In this document: in pieces, positions 14,235 to 23,622 of the stretch
How positions within the stretch are numbered: the first letter of the stretch is position 1
Layout of the letters: each line of letters begins with the position of its first letter
Assembly: GCA_964567515.1 (NCBI GenBank)
Contig: CAZMMW010000001.1
Coordinates: forward strand, 2,876-26,875
Reading direction: 5' to 3'
Source of the DNA: an uncultured Gammaproteobacteria bacterium
Lineage (GTDB): Bacteria > Patescibacteriota > Patescibacteriia > Veblenbacterales > UBA10138
Length of the DNA: 24,000 bases
The notes under the pieces: model-generated
What the model saw: the letters and a program-made list of their open reading frames with translations, nothing else
Databases searched by the model: none
Told to the model about the DNA's origin: nothing
Translations under genes and position numbers: made by a program

Positions 14235-17200
14235 TCAATCTGCTAATACCTGTCTGAAATAAGCCGTGACTGAACGATTGGTTGTCATGGAAACAGTACA
14301 AGTTAAACTGTTGCCAGAACAATCACCGTCCCAATAGTTAAAAGGAGCATGTAGGCTGTTACTAGCAACTAAGGTTACTGTGGCACCAGGAGAATATGGC
14401 TCATAACAATCAACGCCACAGGAAATACCGCCAATATTTGACGAGGTTACTGTTCCGGGGCCAGATTTAGTAACAGTCAAGGTAAAGCCTGGTTCAAATC
14501 GAGCATTAACAGTACGATCAGCAGCCATGGACAACCTACAAATTGGAATATTACCAGTACAAGCGCCACCCCAAGCCCATAAAACTACGCCCGGCACATT
14601 AATTTGGGGACTTAAGGAAACTGTAGTGGTGGAAGCATAATTTGCCGTACATTCGCTTTCACAACTAATACCGGCTGGGTTGCTGATAATATAAGTATTA
14701 GCTGATTTGGCTGAACCGTGAGTAGCTACATTTAAAGTATGCGCCGCAGCAAAATTGGCCGTAGCTATAGTATCGGCAGTAATAGAAAAAACACAAATAT
14801 TACTAGCGTTGCCGCCTTGGCAAGAAACACTAGTCCAACCGGTAAAAATATTACTGCCGCTAACGGTAGCAGTTAAAGTTACATTACTGCCGTGATTATA
14901 AGTTTCCGTGCAGTCGCCTGGACAAGCAATACCGCCAGCGCCAACTGAACCACTGCCGGCTGGATTGATATTAACCTGCAGGTTCCTAGGCGCTAGAGTA
15001 AAATTGGCCGTAGTTGTAGTATCGGCAGTGATAGAAAAAACACAAATATTACTAGCGTTACCGCCTTGGCAAGAAACACCAGTCCAGTTAGAGAAAACAT
15101 AATTACTGCTGGGCTGGGCTTGTAAAGTAATTGTGGTGTTTTGCTCATAGTTTTGCTGTTTGATAGAACAAGCTCCATCACACACTAACGAACCAGGATT
15201 AATGATTATAGTACCCGCTGTTGCTACTGGTTGTTTTTGAACACTCAAAGTATAACTTGGCAAAGAAAAACTGCCGCTGATAGTTTTATTGCCATTAATG
15301 TTCAAATAACACAAACCAGTACCGCTACAATCTGAGGAATTCTGCCAACCAGCGAAAATATAAGGAGCTGTAGCTGTGGCTTGCAAAGCCACGTTTGTGT
15401 CATAAGAATAAGTAGCAGTACAGGTATTAACACCGTTGCCACAATTGATTTTGCCAGCATTATCTTTAATAACACCATTGGCTGGCGCTATGTTATTGTT
15501 AACTGTCAAAGTATAATTTTGGGCCTCAAACGTTGCGTTAACGTTTTTGTTAGTATCTATAGTCACATTACAAGTTGTGCCTGACACATTGGTGCAGCCT
15601 AACCAGCTGATAAACTTATAACCAGTCCCTGCTGTAGCAGTTAAAGATACTGGGGTGTTTGGGGGATAATTAGCTGTACAAATCCCTTCGGTATTTGAAC
15701 AATTAATACCATTACCAGTCACTTGACCAGAACCAGCGACTATTACATTTAATTTATAAGTAAGCGGAACTTGATTAAAAGTGGCTGTAACTGTCACAGG
15801 AGTGGAACTATTATAAGTGAAAGTACAAATACTATTATTACAACTGGCAACGTTAGCTGGTTGGAAAGACCAGCTACTAAAAACAGAACCGGTTCTAGCA
15901 GTAGCATACAAAGTTAATGGCTTACCAATTTCAAAACTATTTACACAAATCCCGCCAGGACAATCAATGCCAGTAGGATCACTGTTTACCCAGCCAGAAC
16001 CTTTAGTAGGATCATTGTTAATATTTACCGTTAGTTGATATTTCTGTAAAAAACTACCTCTAACTGTTATATTTTTAGTAAGAGTTAAAGTACAAGTATC
16101 GGTACCGCCACAAAAAGGATCATACGTATTAGTAATATTATTCCAAATGCTCCAACCAGAAAATTGATAATTATTGCCAACCTCTAACATGGGTCTTAAA
16201 GTCACTAATTGACCATAAGTAAATGTCTGGCTACAATCGCCAGGACAATTAATACCGGCTGGATCACTAACAATACTTCCAGCAGAGCCATGCCGCTCTA
16301 CTGTTAAAGTGGCTGGCTTTAAATTAAAGATAGCTGTCACGTTTTTGATGCTACTCATAGTAACCTGACAGTTTCCGCTTATATTAGTACAAGCCCCTCC
16401 CCAACCAGCAAAAACTGAACCGACTCCTTCAGCTGCTTGTAAAGTAACCACTGTATCTTTAATATAACTGGCGGAACAACTAGAACCACAATCAATCACC
16501 GGGTCGTTAGGCGCAATACTTAATACTAAACCAGCACCAGTGCCTTGCAAAGATACATTCAAATTATATTTAATTATGGGCGGTTCAAAAGTAACTTTGA
16601 TTGTTTTGTTAGATGATAAAGTCACAGTGCAGATTAAACCAGATACCGCATCGCAGCCGCTCCAATTTTTAAATATCTGATCCCCATCAGGAGTGGCGAT
16701 TAAAGTAACCACGGTATCGCTAATAAAACTATAAGAATCACCACCTGAAGATATATAAGACCCTGGTTGAATAGATATAAAGCCATTACCAGTTACAACT
16801 GTAGTTAAAGTATATTTTTTAGCAAAGCGAGCCACTATAGATTTGGCGCCGGTCATTTTAACACGGCAGTCAGTGCCATCAGGATTTTCCACAGCATTAC
16901 AGCCGATCCAACTAATAAAAGCTGAACTAGTATCAGGATTAGCACGCAAAACTACTTCCTGATTACTACCAAAAGCAACCGAACAAGTAGACCCACAATT
17001 AATACCTGCGGGAGTGCTCGTTACAGTACCACTACCATTACCAGTCCGAGCTACTGACAAATTATAATTTGCTACTGTACTAAATTGGGCGTTTACTGAT
17101 CTGCTGCTATCCATGGTTACTAAACAATTACCTTGAACCACTTCAGCGCACCCCCCCCAACCAACAAAAGCAGAACCAGAAACCGCTTGAGCTGTTAACT

Positions 17201-20200
17201 TTACCGGCTGACCACTAATAGTGTAAGTAGCGGAACAAGCATTACCACAACTTACTAAACCATCTTCACTGGTAATAATACCAGCACCTTCTTTAATAAT
17301 ACTTAAGGTAAAGGGTGGTGTTACGCTAACTTTTTTCCACATTATTTCCGAATCCTGACAAATAGCAGAAACTTCCGGTGGTTTATTTAAACCAGCGCCC
17401 CGCCAAGTAGAGCCTTTGAATTCAGGATTAAAATATAGTTTACTAGAACCTGCTCCAGTGGCTTCATATAAATAAATATGAGAATCTGCCGGACATTTAA
17501 AATCCTTAGCATTTTCATTCCAGCAAGTAGCGGCATCATAACCTGCAAAACCAGTGCCACTACAGTTATTAAAACCGTTTAAAGGATCAACCGGTAATTT
17601 TTTCCCTAATGCCGCGCCTAAAGTCTGCTGCCATGAATTCCAAGCGCTAGTTGACCATTTGGCCAGATAAGTACCAGCCAGTAATTGAGGCAGGGTATAA
17701 TTATGTGTCTTACCATATTGTATCAAATATTTCTCTATGGTATTCAAATCCACCAAGCGCTGCATATCACGCTGTAATTTAGTTTTGTTTTCGGAAGTTA
17801 AATTAATATTAAATTGCCAATTAGCCACTAGCTGATTATAAATGTTCTGGGCGATAGCAGTAGCCCCGTGATTAACTGATAATAAATGTTCATGACTAGA
17901 AATAATATGATTAGCGATAAATTTCTTAGCATTCAAAGCCGAAACATATAAAGTCTGGCCACCAACGCCTGCTGGATAACCATCTAAAGTAGTGGGTTTA
18001 ACTGACACATACCTTCCTTCTTCTATAGTTTTTAACCAGTCAGCAGGAATAAGACGATCGGGATTAGGAAAAGATTTAAGCCCTATAACATCTTTGGTGT
18101 CAAAAAGATTAAATAGTTTTTCATTATCCTTGTCTATAACCTTCACCAAGGCAGGCAAAGCACCGCTTAATTCCCGCACCTCTATATTGTCAAATAAAAC
18201 AGGATCTGTTGGAGAAATAGGATGAACTCCCAAACAAATAGTATACTTATCGTTATCTTTTGTTTCAAAAACCACTCCGGCTTTTTGCCAACCAGCAGCT
18301 CCGTTGGTTAAATGTGTCCAGTGTGTCCAAGGAGAAGCGCAATCATTATTGGAAGTAGGAAATAATATTGGTATCGCCTTGTTGGTTGAATTAATGAGAC
18401 TATTATAAAACTGAACTGAAGCATAATAGGTAGTATTTTTCTTTAAACCTGTTATCTGCTGTTTGACCATACGCCTAACGCTGCCGCCAGAATATTCTTT
18501 GGTAATTTGTAAAACATTATTATCATTATTTTGTGATAATCCTGGTATAGCTGCGGGTGTTACTACTGAATACCAAGCGGTATTATCAGTGCCGCTATTT
18601 TGCCATCCAGTAAGGTCATTAGTGAAACTGCCGTTAGTTATAAAATTAATATCGCCCGTAGCAGCTGTTTGAGCTCGGCAATAACGTAAACGATAATTAT
18701 AATTACTATCTACAAATTCCCAAGGCACTTCACATAAGAAAACATCCAAAGCCGCCTCGGCAGCTAAAGTTCCTGAACCAGGAGCTGAACCAATGGCTTT
18801 AACCTTTAAAGTGTTTTGTCCATTTTTGTTGCCAACCACCACCAGAGTAGTAGGATCAGGAGCCGACGGAGCAATACTTACTAAACCAGCTGGCGTGGCG
18901 CTCCAATTATAAGTAGCAACCAATGGTTGATTATCAGCAGCATAAACTTGAGCCGAAAAATTAACTTGTTCGCTGGGTTTAGTAAAACTATAAGAGGCGG
19001 GGGTTATAGTGATCTTGGATAATTTACAAATATCCGGACCGGTAGTAAAAATTGTGACACAACCAGCTGGCGATAAAGCGCAATTTAAAGATTCGCCAAC
19101 CGCGCCTTTGACTGTATTTTCCACAGTCAACTTATATAGTTGATTAACCTCCAATGGCTCATCTGGTATAAAAGCCACAGCATCAAAACTATCTTTTTTA
19201 ATAAGTTTAACTTTACCAGAAACATTTACTGTTCCTTTAGTTAATTTAAAATTTGTTGCGGAAACTGAATTAGAATTAAGATGACGATTAAAGTTAGCCA
19301 CAATTTCCGCATTGCGGCAAACATTAGTATCATTATTAGCAGGCTGAAAAGAAACTAGCAACAAATTGCCAATACCGCTGCTACTCTCTTCTACAATAAA
19401 AGCCAAAGGATTACTAACTAAAGTTAATACTTGTTTAGCTTCATCCCAGCCGCCAATACAAGTATCGCCAAATTGGATCTTGGGAAATTTACACTCAAGG
19501 CCAACAACTTTGGTAAATTCTTTTTCAACTGTGACATCGCCAGAGTTAGTGGTATTGGGGATGGGAGATAAATTAATAGCTGTGCCAGACCAAGCAGCTG
19601 ATAAATCTCCGGAGTTAGAAAACTTAACTTTAGAACCAGCTGCTTTAGTTAACCCAAAATTTTCTCCAACCAACTTACCATTATTATATGGCAAACTAGT
19701 ACGCACAATGGGCTTGGTGCTGGTATCAGGCACTATTCCACATAAACCCGGCCCTAAAGGTAAATTAGAATTATAATTAAATTCTTTGGAATTACTAGAT
19801 AAATTTGGCGGGTCTTCGGAATTAACAGTAACTTGACTAATAAATTCTCCGCTGCCCAAATTGGGCACTTTTACCACAATTTGTTTATTAGTCCACCAAT
19901 TAAAATCAGAACAAGTATCAGGTAAAGGATCAGCCGAAACTAAAGCTCCGCCCGAATCAGTAAAAACCACACTGCAAGGATTGCCTACTGCCTCTAAATA
20001 ATCACACCAACCAAAATTTCCGCCTTTAATAGTTACCCAAGTTCCGCCAGGGCCAGTATTAGGTAAAATATCAGTAATAAATGGTGTACCATAATACTGT
20101 ACCTTATTAGAAGCAACTGGATTATATCTTCCATCATTAGTAGCATCAACTTCAACCCATACCTCGCCTGAATGCGGTTCAGTCGGCACTTTATAAATAA

Positions 20201-23200
20201 TTTCTTTATTAGTCCATTTGGTTACTAATCTTGAATCGCCATCAATTGGACCACTAACAAACCGACCGAAAGGAAAATATAGAGTACCAGCTTTTTTGGT
20301 ATCACTAAAATTATAACCTTTAATGGTAATACTGGTTCCAGCAGCTCCATAATTAGGGACCATAGAACAAATACCCGGCTTAATTTCATTAGTAACAGTA
20401 AAAACCGGCTTAAGGCTATCAGGATTAGCCGCCGAAGTTCCTCTGCTGGTAATTACTTCTACTTTATAAGTATCGCCAATTGCTCCTTCTGCTAATAAAT
20501 TAGGCGAGGTAATAATAATTTCTTTATTACTCCAAGAGCCACAATCACCACGCACGGCCTGAATTCTTTTGTTAGTGACTGTGTTAGTAAACCACACCGA
20601 TCCGCTAGAACCAAAATCATCACCCCTTAAAGTAATAACTGTTTTCATATCTTTCTCTGCCCGACCAGAAGTTGGAGTCATGCCGGTGATCTTGGGTGGT
20701 CCGGCTAAACCTCCTGGCCCATCTCCTTCGCCCACAGTAATCAAACTCTTGGCTGACAAACTTGCTGCTTGAGTAATTCCTACGTTTACCTCAGCTGGCG
20801 TTTCGGTGGCACTGTCGCCTGTAACTTTTATCTTATTAACTACTGGTGGATTTGTAGCCGACATGCTGATATGAATATCGTTTTCATTCCAGGTCCAAGA
20901 ATAATCTGCCGGGTCTAATGCCACGCATTGGGCAGTATAAGCGCTACCTGTTAAGTCACGCGAATCGCCAATAGCCACACGGGTCTGGCTAGGAGAAATT
21001 CCTAAACTGTTTACCTGACAATTTTCGCTAGCCGAACTCACGCGCCAGTGCCATTCATAAGGTGCTGTCATTTTAATACCATAAATACTTTTGACTTGAT
21101 CACTAATTACCACCCGATACCAATAGTCGTCGGTTAAAGCGGAGGGGTTTAGAATAAATCCTTGCACTTGACCTTTGCTGTTTAATTGTGGCGATAAAGT
21201 ATAAGTTTCATTACTACCACAATCTGCAGCTACATCAGTAGTAAAGGTGTCGCCTTTATTACAAGGTATAATGCTGACGTTACCAACAAAAGAATCTTTA
21301 TCCATCGGCAAAGTAAAACGCGCCATTATTTGAGCTTGGGGACAAACTTTTTTACTGCCTGGCGCCGGACTGGGGCTGGGAGTATTAGTTTTACATTGCG
21401 CATAAGAAACTACTTGCGGTGGTATATTTGTAGCACCAGAACCACCAGCAATATCTTTTACTTGAAAAGGTTTACAATTTGAAGTCAGATCTTTACCACT
21501 AATTCGCACTTTAGCACATACTTGCCATCTGCCTTGGCCTAAAGCATTGATATCAGAAGTGGTTGTAGGAGTTTGGGAAACAATTTTATCATTGCTCCAA
21601 GAAGTATAATCGGCACTCTTGGGTTCTAAACTAATATTGTTGCCATTAAAATTAAGTTTACTATTAGCTGACTTGGTATTGCCAAAATTTGTACCTACTA
21701 CTGTTAGAGACAAGGGTAATAAATCGGGCGGCGGCGTACCTGAAATTCTGCCGCTGGTTGGAGTAATACTGCAAATACCCGGACCCGGCGGATTATCATT
21801 AACAGCAAACTGCCAATCCTGATTGCTACGACGGCCAGAAGTAGTTTTTAATTCTACCGGATAATTAGCCAAAGCTAGACTATCGGGAATTTCTACTAAA
21901 ACATTGGTCTCGTGCCACCAATCAGAGCATAAACCAGGAGGTATTCCTGCAGTAGTATCAAATAATAATTGACCCGGGCTGCTGCCAAAATTCCAGCCAA
22001 TAGCACTAACCCATTGCCCTTTGCCGCCGGAAGTGGGCGATAAACTATCAATATAAGGACTTAAAATAGTAAACGGATCTTTCTCGTTAGAAAAAGTACT
22101 GGCGATGCTGATTTTTACCTTACCCGCTCTTACGTCACTAGCGTCATAATCATCCTGCGGATAAGCCGGACCAGTAGTGGCGCTTACTGGCACCTTAATT
22201 TTAATAGTATCTTCGGTAATGGTAGGATCTATAGCTTTACAAGCGTCTTCGCCCCAACAAACTAAATTGTTGCTATCATCAAAACTGTCATTACCAGCGG
22301 CAAAATGATTAAAATAAACCTCACCTGGTAAAGCAAAGAAATTTTTACCTGTTAGAGTAACCATATCAGAATAATATCCTTGGGCTGGAGTAATACTATC
22401 AATCACTGGTTCACAATTCTCTGTGACACCAGTTTCAAACTGCCAAACTTCGTCTGCTACCATAGGAATGGAACAAGCGTCTTGAATGCCGTGATTCACA
22501 GCGCCGGCAGTATCTCCTTTTAAGGTAACACGATATTTAGTATTAGATTCTAAAGCAATAATCTTACCTTGAGCATCAACTGGATTATAACTGACTGTTT
22601 TGAAATCGTTAGTAAATCTGGGCTTGCTTAAAGATACTGGCATTGCTACTGTTCCATCGGCTTTTAATTTTTCTAAAATAACGTTTCCAGCAAAACTGAT
22701 GGATAACATTGGTTCGCTAAAAGTAGCGCCAATTGCTATCCGACGACAAACCAAATTGGCGCCAGCTCCTGGCTGTTTAGTTGTTACTGTAGGCGCGGTA
22801 CTGTCTGATTCAGTACCGGTGGTAAACCACCACTCCTTGCCCATGCTGGGATTACGGAAAGAAAACCTGGCTCCGGTGTCAGGATTAACACCGGTTAAAT
22901 TACTCAAAATCACGTGGTATTTAGTATTTGGCTCAAATTCATGGTTAACGTGAGTAAAAGCTAGATATTCAGAATCATTACCCGGACCATACTTATCAGT
23001 AGCAGCATTATAAAATAGAGAGCCATCAGAATCTTTCTCTATGCGAAAACTGGTTTTATCAACCGGCGATGACCATAAAACAGTATAATTAAACCCGGCT
23101 TGCACCGCCATACATAATTTAACATTGCTTTGCGTAGGCGAAATCCAAGTGGCGCGCAAATAATCAGAACCGCCCAAACTGCCTGAACACGGCGGGGTGG

Positions 23201-23615
23201 TACAACCACCAGAGCCGCCATTGTCGCCATGGAGAGCGTCTTCTAGATTACTAAAAATAAAACTAGCCAGAACAAAAGAAGCTAGAATAATTACTAAACC
23301 TATAAGGCCGCTGGATAAAATCTTTTTGGCTTTAGCCACTTGCTCGGCATTGCCTCGAGATAAAAGCCAAGTTACCCCACCATACAAAACTATCAATAAG
23401 GCGATCACGCCCAAGATACTTAAAAAGACATTAATAACTTTTCCTATAGTCTGAATCAAATCTAAATTGGTACCAAGGTTAAGATTGCCTTCTAGATTTC
23501 CCAGACCACCATTAGTTTGCGCCAAAACAAAAACTGGCACAATTAATAAAATAATACTCACTGTCCATAAGACATATCGCCGATAAAATAATAGTTTATT
23601 GTTTACTTCCAACAT
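14235..23615 (-). CDS. Giant (3,126 aa) membrane-anchored surface protein: VirB2/TrbC-like pilin hairpin, Ig-like/IPT-TIG modules, CBM-like domain, pilin-like head and 12 InlB-B-repeat-like units
   Basis: Single uninterrupted ORF from ATG 23613-23615 to a TGA stop. The N-terminus has a signal-like helix, then 'VINVFLSILGVIALLIVLYGGVTWLLSRGNAEQVAKAKKILSSGLIGLVIILASFVLASFIF', the pattern of small T4SS pilins. There are at least 7 IPT/TIG-like units ('I.SITP..G..G..VTL.G.NFG') and SbsA/Big-like units ('TAPTV...P..GA..V'). A CBM-like segment runs 'NGSFTNDLTGWQN...FDNIEVREL' (nt ~18168-18656). 'LQRDMQRLVDLNTIEKYL...LPVDPLNGF' lies at nt ~17400-17780. Twelve C-terminal repeats follow. There is no C-terminal sorting motif. 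Confidence 0.9.
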   Translation of the reverse strand: MLEVNNKLLFYRRYVLWTVSIILLIVPVFVLAQTNGGLGNLEGNLNLGTNLDLIQTIGKVINVFLSILGVIALLIVLYGGVTWLLSRGNAEQVAKAKKILSSGLIGLVIILASFVLASFIFSNLEDALHGDNGGSGGCTTPPCSGSLGGSDYLRATWISPTQSNVKLCMAVQAGFNYTVLWSSPVDKTSFRIEKDSDGSLFYNAATDKYGPGNDSEYLAFTHVNHEFEPNTKYHVILSNLTGVNPDTGARFSFRNPSMGKEWWFTTGTESDSTAPTVTTKQPGAGANLVCRRIAIGATFSEPMLSISFAGNVILEKLKADGTVAMPVSLSKPRFTNDFKTVSYNPVDAQGKIIALESNTKYRVTLKGDTAGAVNHGIQDACSIPMVADEVWQFETGVTENCEPVIDSITPAQGYYSDMVTLTGKNFFALPGEVYFNHFAAGNDSFDDSNNLVCWGEDACKAIDPTITEDTIKIKVPVSATTGPAYPQDDYDASDVRAGKVKISIASTFSNEKDPFTILSPYIDSLSPTSGGKGQWVSAIGWNFGSSPGQLLFDTTAGIPPGLCSDWWHETNVLVEIPDSLALANYPVELKTTSGRRSNQDWQFAVNDNPPGPGICSITPTSGRISGTPPPDLLPLSLTVVGTNFGNTKSANSKLNFNGNNISLEPKSADYTSWSNDKIVSQTPTTTSDINALGQGRWQVCAKVRISGKDLTSNCKPFQVKDIAGGSGATNIPPQVVSYAQCKTNTPSPSPAPGSKKVCPQAQIMARFTLPMDKDSFVGNVSIIPCNKGDTFTTDVAADCGSNETYTLSPQLNSKGQVQGFILNPSALTDDYWYRVVISDQVKSIYGIKMTAPYEWHWRVSSASENCQVNSLGISPSQTRVAIGDSRDLTGSAYTAQCVALDPADYSWTWNENDIHISMSATNPPVVNKIKVTGDSATETPAEVNVGITQAASLSAKSLITVGEGDGPGGLAGPPKITGMTPTSGRAEKDMKTVITLRGDDFGSSGSVWFTNTVTNKRIQAVRGDCGSWSNKEIIITSPNLLAEGAIGDTYKVEVITSRGTSAANPDSLKPVFTVTNEIKPGICSMVPNYGAAGTSITIKGYNFSDTKKAGTLYFPFGRFVSGPIDGDSRLVTKWTNKEIIYKVPTEPHSGEVWVEVDATNDGRYNPVASNKVQYYGTPFITDILPNTGPGGTWVTIKGGNFGWCDYLEAVGNPCSVVFTDSGGALVSADPLPDTCSDFNWWTNKQIVVKVPNLGSGEFISQVTVNSEDPPNLSSNSKEFNYNSNLPLGPGLCGIVPDTSTKPIVRTSLPYNNGKLVGENFGLTKAAGSKVKFSNSGDLSAAWSGTAINLSPIPNTTNSGDVTVEKEFTKVVGLECKFPKIQFGDTCIGGWDEAKQVLTLVSNPLAFIVEESSSGIGNLLLVSFQPANNDTNVCRNAEIVANFNRHLNSNSVSATNFKLTKGTVNVSGKVKLIKKDSFDAVAFIPDEPLEVNQLYKLTVENTVKGAVGESLNCALSPAGCVTIFTTGPDICKLSKITITPASYSFTKPSEQVNFSAQVYAADNQPLVATYNWSATPAGLVSIAPSAPDPTTLVVVGNKNGQNTLKVKAIGSAPGSGTLAAEAALDVFLCEVPWEFVDSNYNYRLRYCRAQTAATGDINFITNGSFTNDLTGWQNSGTDNTAWYSVVTPAAIPGLSQNNDNNVLQITKEYSGGSVRRMVKQQITGLKKNTTYYASVQFYNSLINSTNKAIPILFPTSNNDCASPWTHWTHLTNGAAGWQKAGVVFETKDNDKYTICLGVHPISPTDPVLFDNIEVRELSGALPALVKVIDKDNEKLFNLFDTKDVIGLKSFPNPDRLIPADWLKTIEEGRYVSVKPTTLDGYPAGVGGQTLYVSALNAKKFIANHIISSHEHLLSVNHGATAIAQNIYNQLVANWQFNINLTSENKTKLQRDMQRLVDLNTIEKYLIQYGKTHNYTLPQLLAGTYLAKWSTSAWNSWQQTLGAALGKKLPVDPLNGFNNCSGTGFAGYDAATCWNENAKDFKCPADSHIYLYEATGAGSSKLYFNPEFKGSTWRGAGLNKPPEVSAICQDSEIMWKKVSVTPPFTLSIIKEGAGIITSEDGLVSCGNACSATYTISGQPVKLTAQAVSGSAFVGWGGCAEVVQGNCLVTMDSSRSVNAQFSTVANYNLSVARTGNGSGTVTSTPAGINCGSTCSVAFGSNQEVVLRANPDTSSAFISWIGCNAVENPDGTDCRVKMTGAKSIVARFAKKYTLTTVVTGNGFISIQPGSYISSGGDSYSFISDTVVTLIATPDGDQIFKNWSGCDAVSGLICTVTLSSNKTIKVTFEPPIIKYNLNVSLQGTGAGLVLSIAPNDPVIDCGSSCSASYIKDTVVTLQAAEGVGSVFAGWGGACTNISGNCQVTMSSIKNVTAIFNLKPATLTVERHGSAGSIVSDPAGINCPGDCSQTFTYGQLVTLRPMLEVGNNYQFSGWSIWNNITNTYDPFCGGTDTCTLTLTKNITVRGSFLQKYQLTVNINNDPTKGSGWVNSDPTGIDCPGGICVNSFEIGKPLTLYATARTGSVFSSWSFQPANVASCNNSICTFTYNSSTPVTVTATFNQVPLTYKLNVIVAGSGQVTGNGINCSNTEGICTANYPPNTPVSLTATAGTGYKFISWLGCTNVSGTTCNVTIDTNKNVNATFEAQNYTLTVNNNIAPANGVIKDNAGKINCGNGVNTCTATYSYDTNVALQATATAPYIFAGWQNSSDCSGTGLCYLNINGNKTISGSFSLPSYTLSVQKQPVATAGTIIINPGSLVCDGACSIKQQNYEQNTTITLQAQPSSNYVFSNWTGVSCQGGNASNICVFSITADTTTTANFTLAPRNLQVNINPAGSGSVGAGGIACPGDCTETYNHGSNVTLTATVSGSNIFTGWTSVSCQGGNASNICVFSITADTIATANFAAAHTLNVATHGSAKSANTYIISNPAGISCESECTANYASTTTVSLSPQINVPGVVLWAWGGACTGNIPICRLSMAADRTVNARFEPGFTLTVTKSGPGTVTSSNIGGISCGVDCYEPYSPGATVTLVASNSLHAPFNYWDGDCSGNSLTCTVSMTTNRSVTAYFRQVLAD
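14238..17318 (-). repeat. Twelve tandem ~80-90-aa coding repeats (InlB B-repeat-like / Listeria-Bacteroides-repeat-like) in the giant gene
   Basis: Recurrent pattern 'L.V...G.G.V.S.P.GI.C....C...Y..g..VTL.A.p..G..F.GW.G.C.G...C.V.M...k.V.A.F' with two conserved Cys pairs. I counted 12 units between aa ~2100 and 3126. Confidence 0.8.
14752..15079 (-). repeat. Near-identical 79-nt direct repeat pair inside the repeat array (14752-14830 and 15001-15079)
   Basis: The two segments differ at 5 positions, all transitions. The offset is 249 nt (83 codons), so they are in frame. Both encode 'SCQGGNASNICVFSITADT..TANF'. Confidence 0.85.
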
Positions 23616-23622
23616 AATTTTA

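Noticed and set aside
14752-15079. Diversity-generating retroelement (TR/VR pair) targeting the giant protein
   Set aside because: The five differences between the two 79-nt copies are transitions in both directions rather than adenine-specific substitutions. Both copies are in-frame coding units of the same array, and the window contains no reverse transcriptase.
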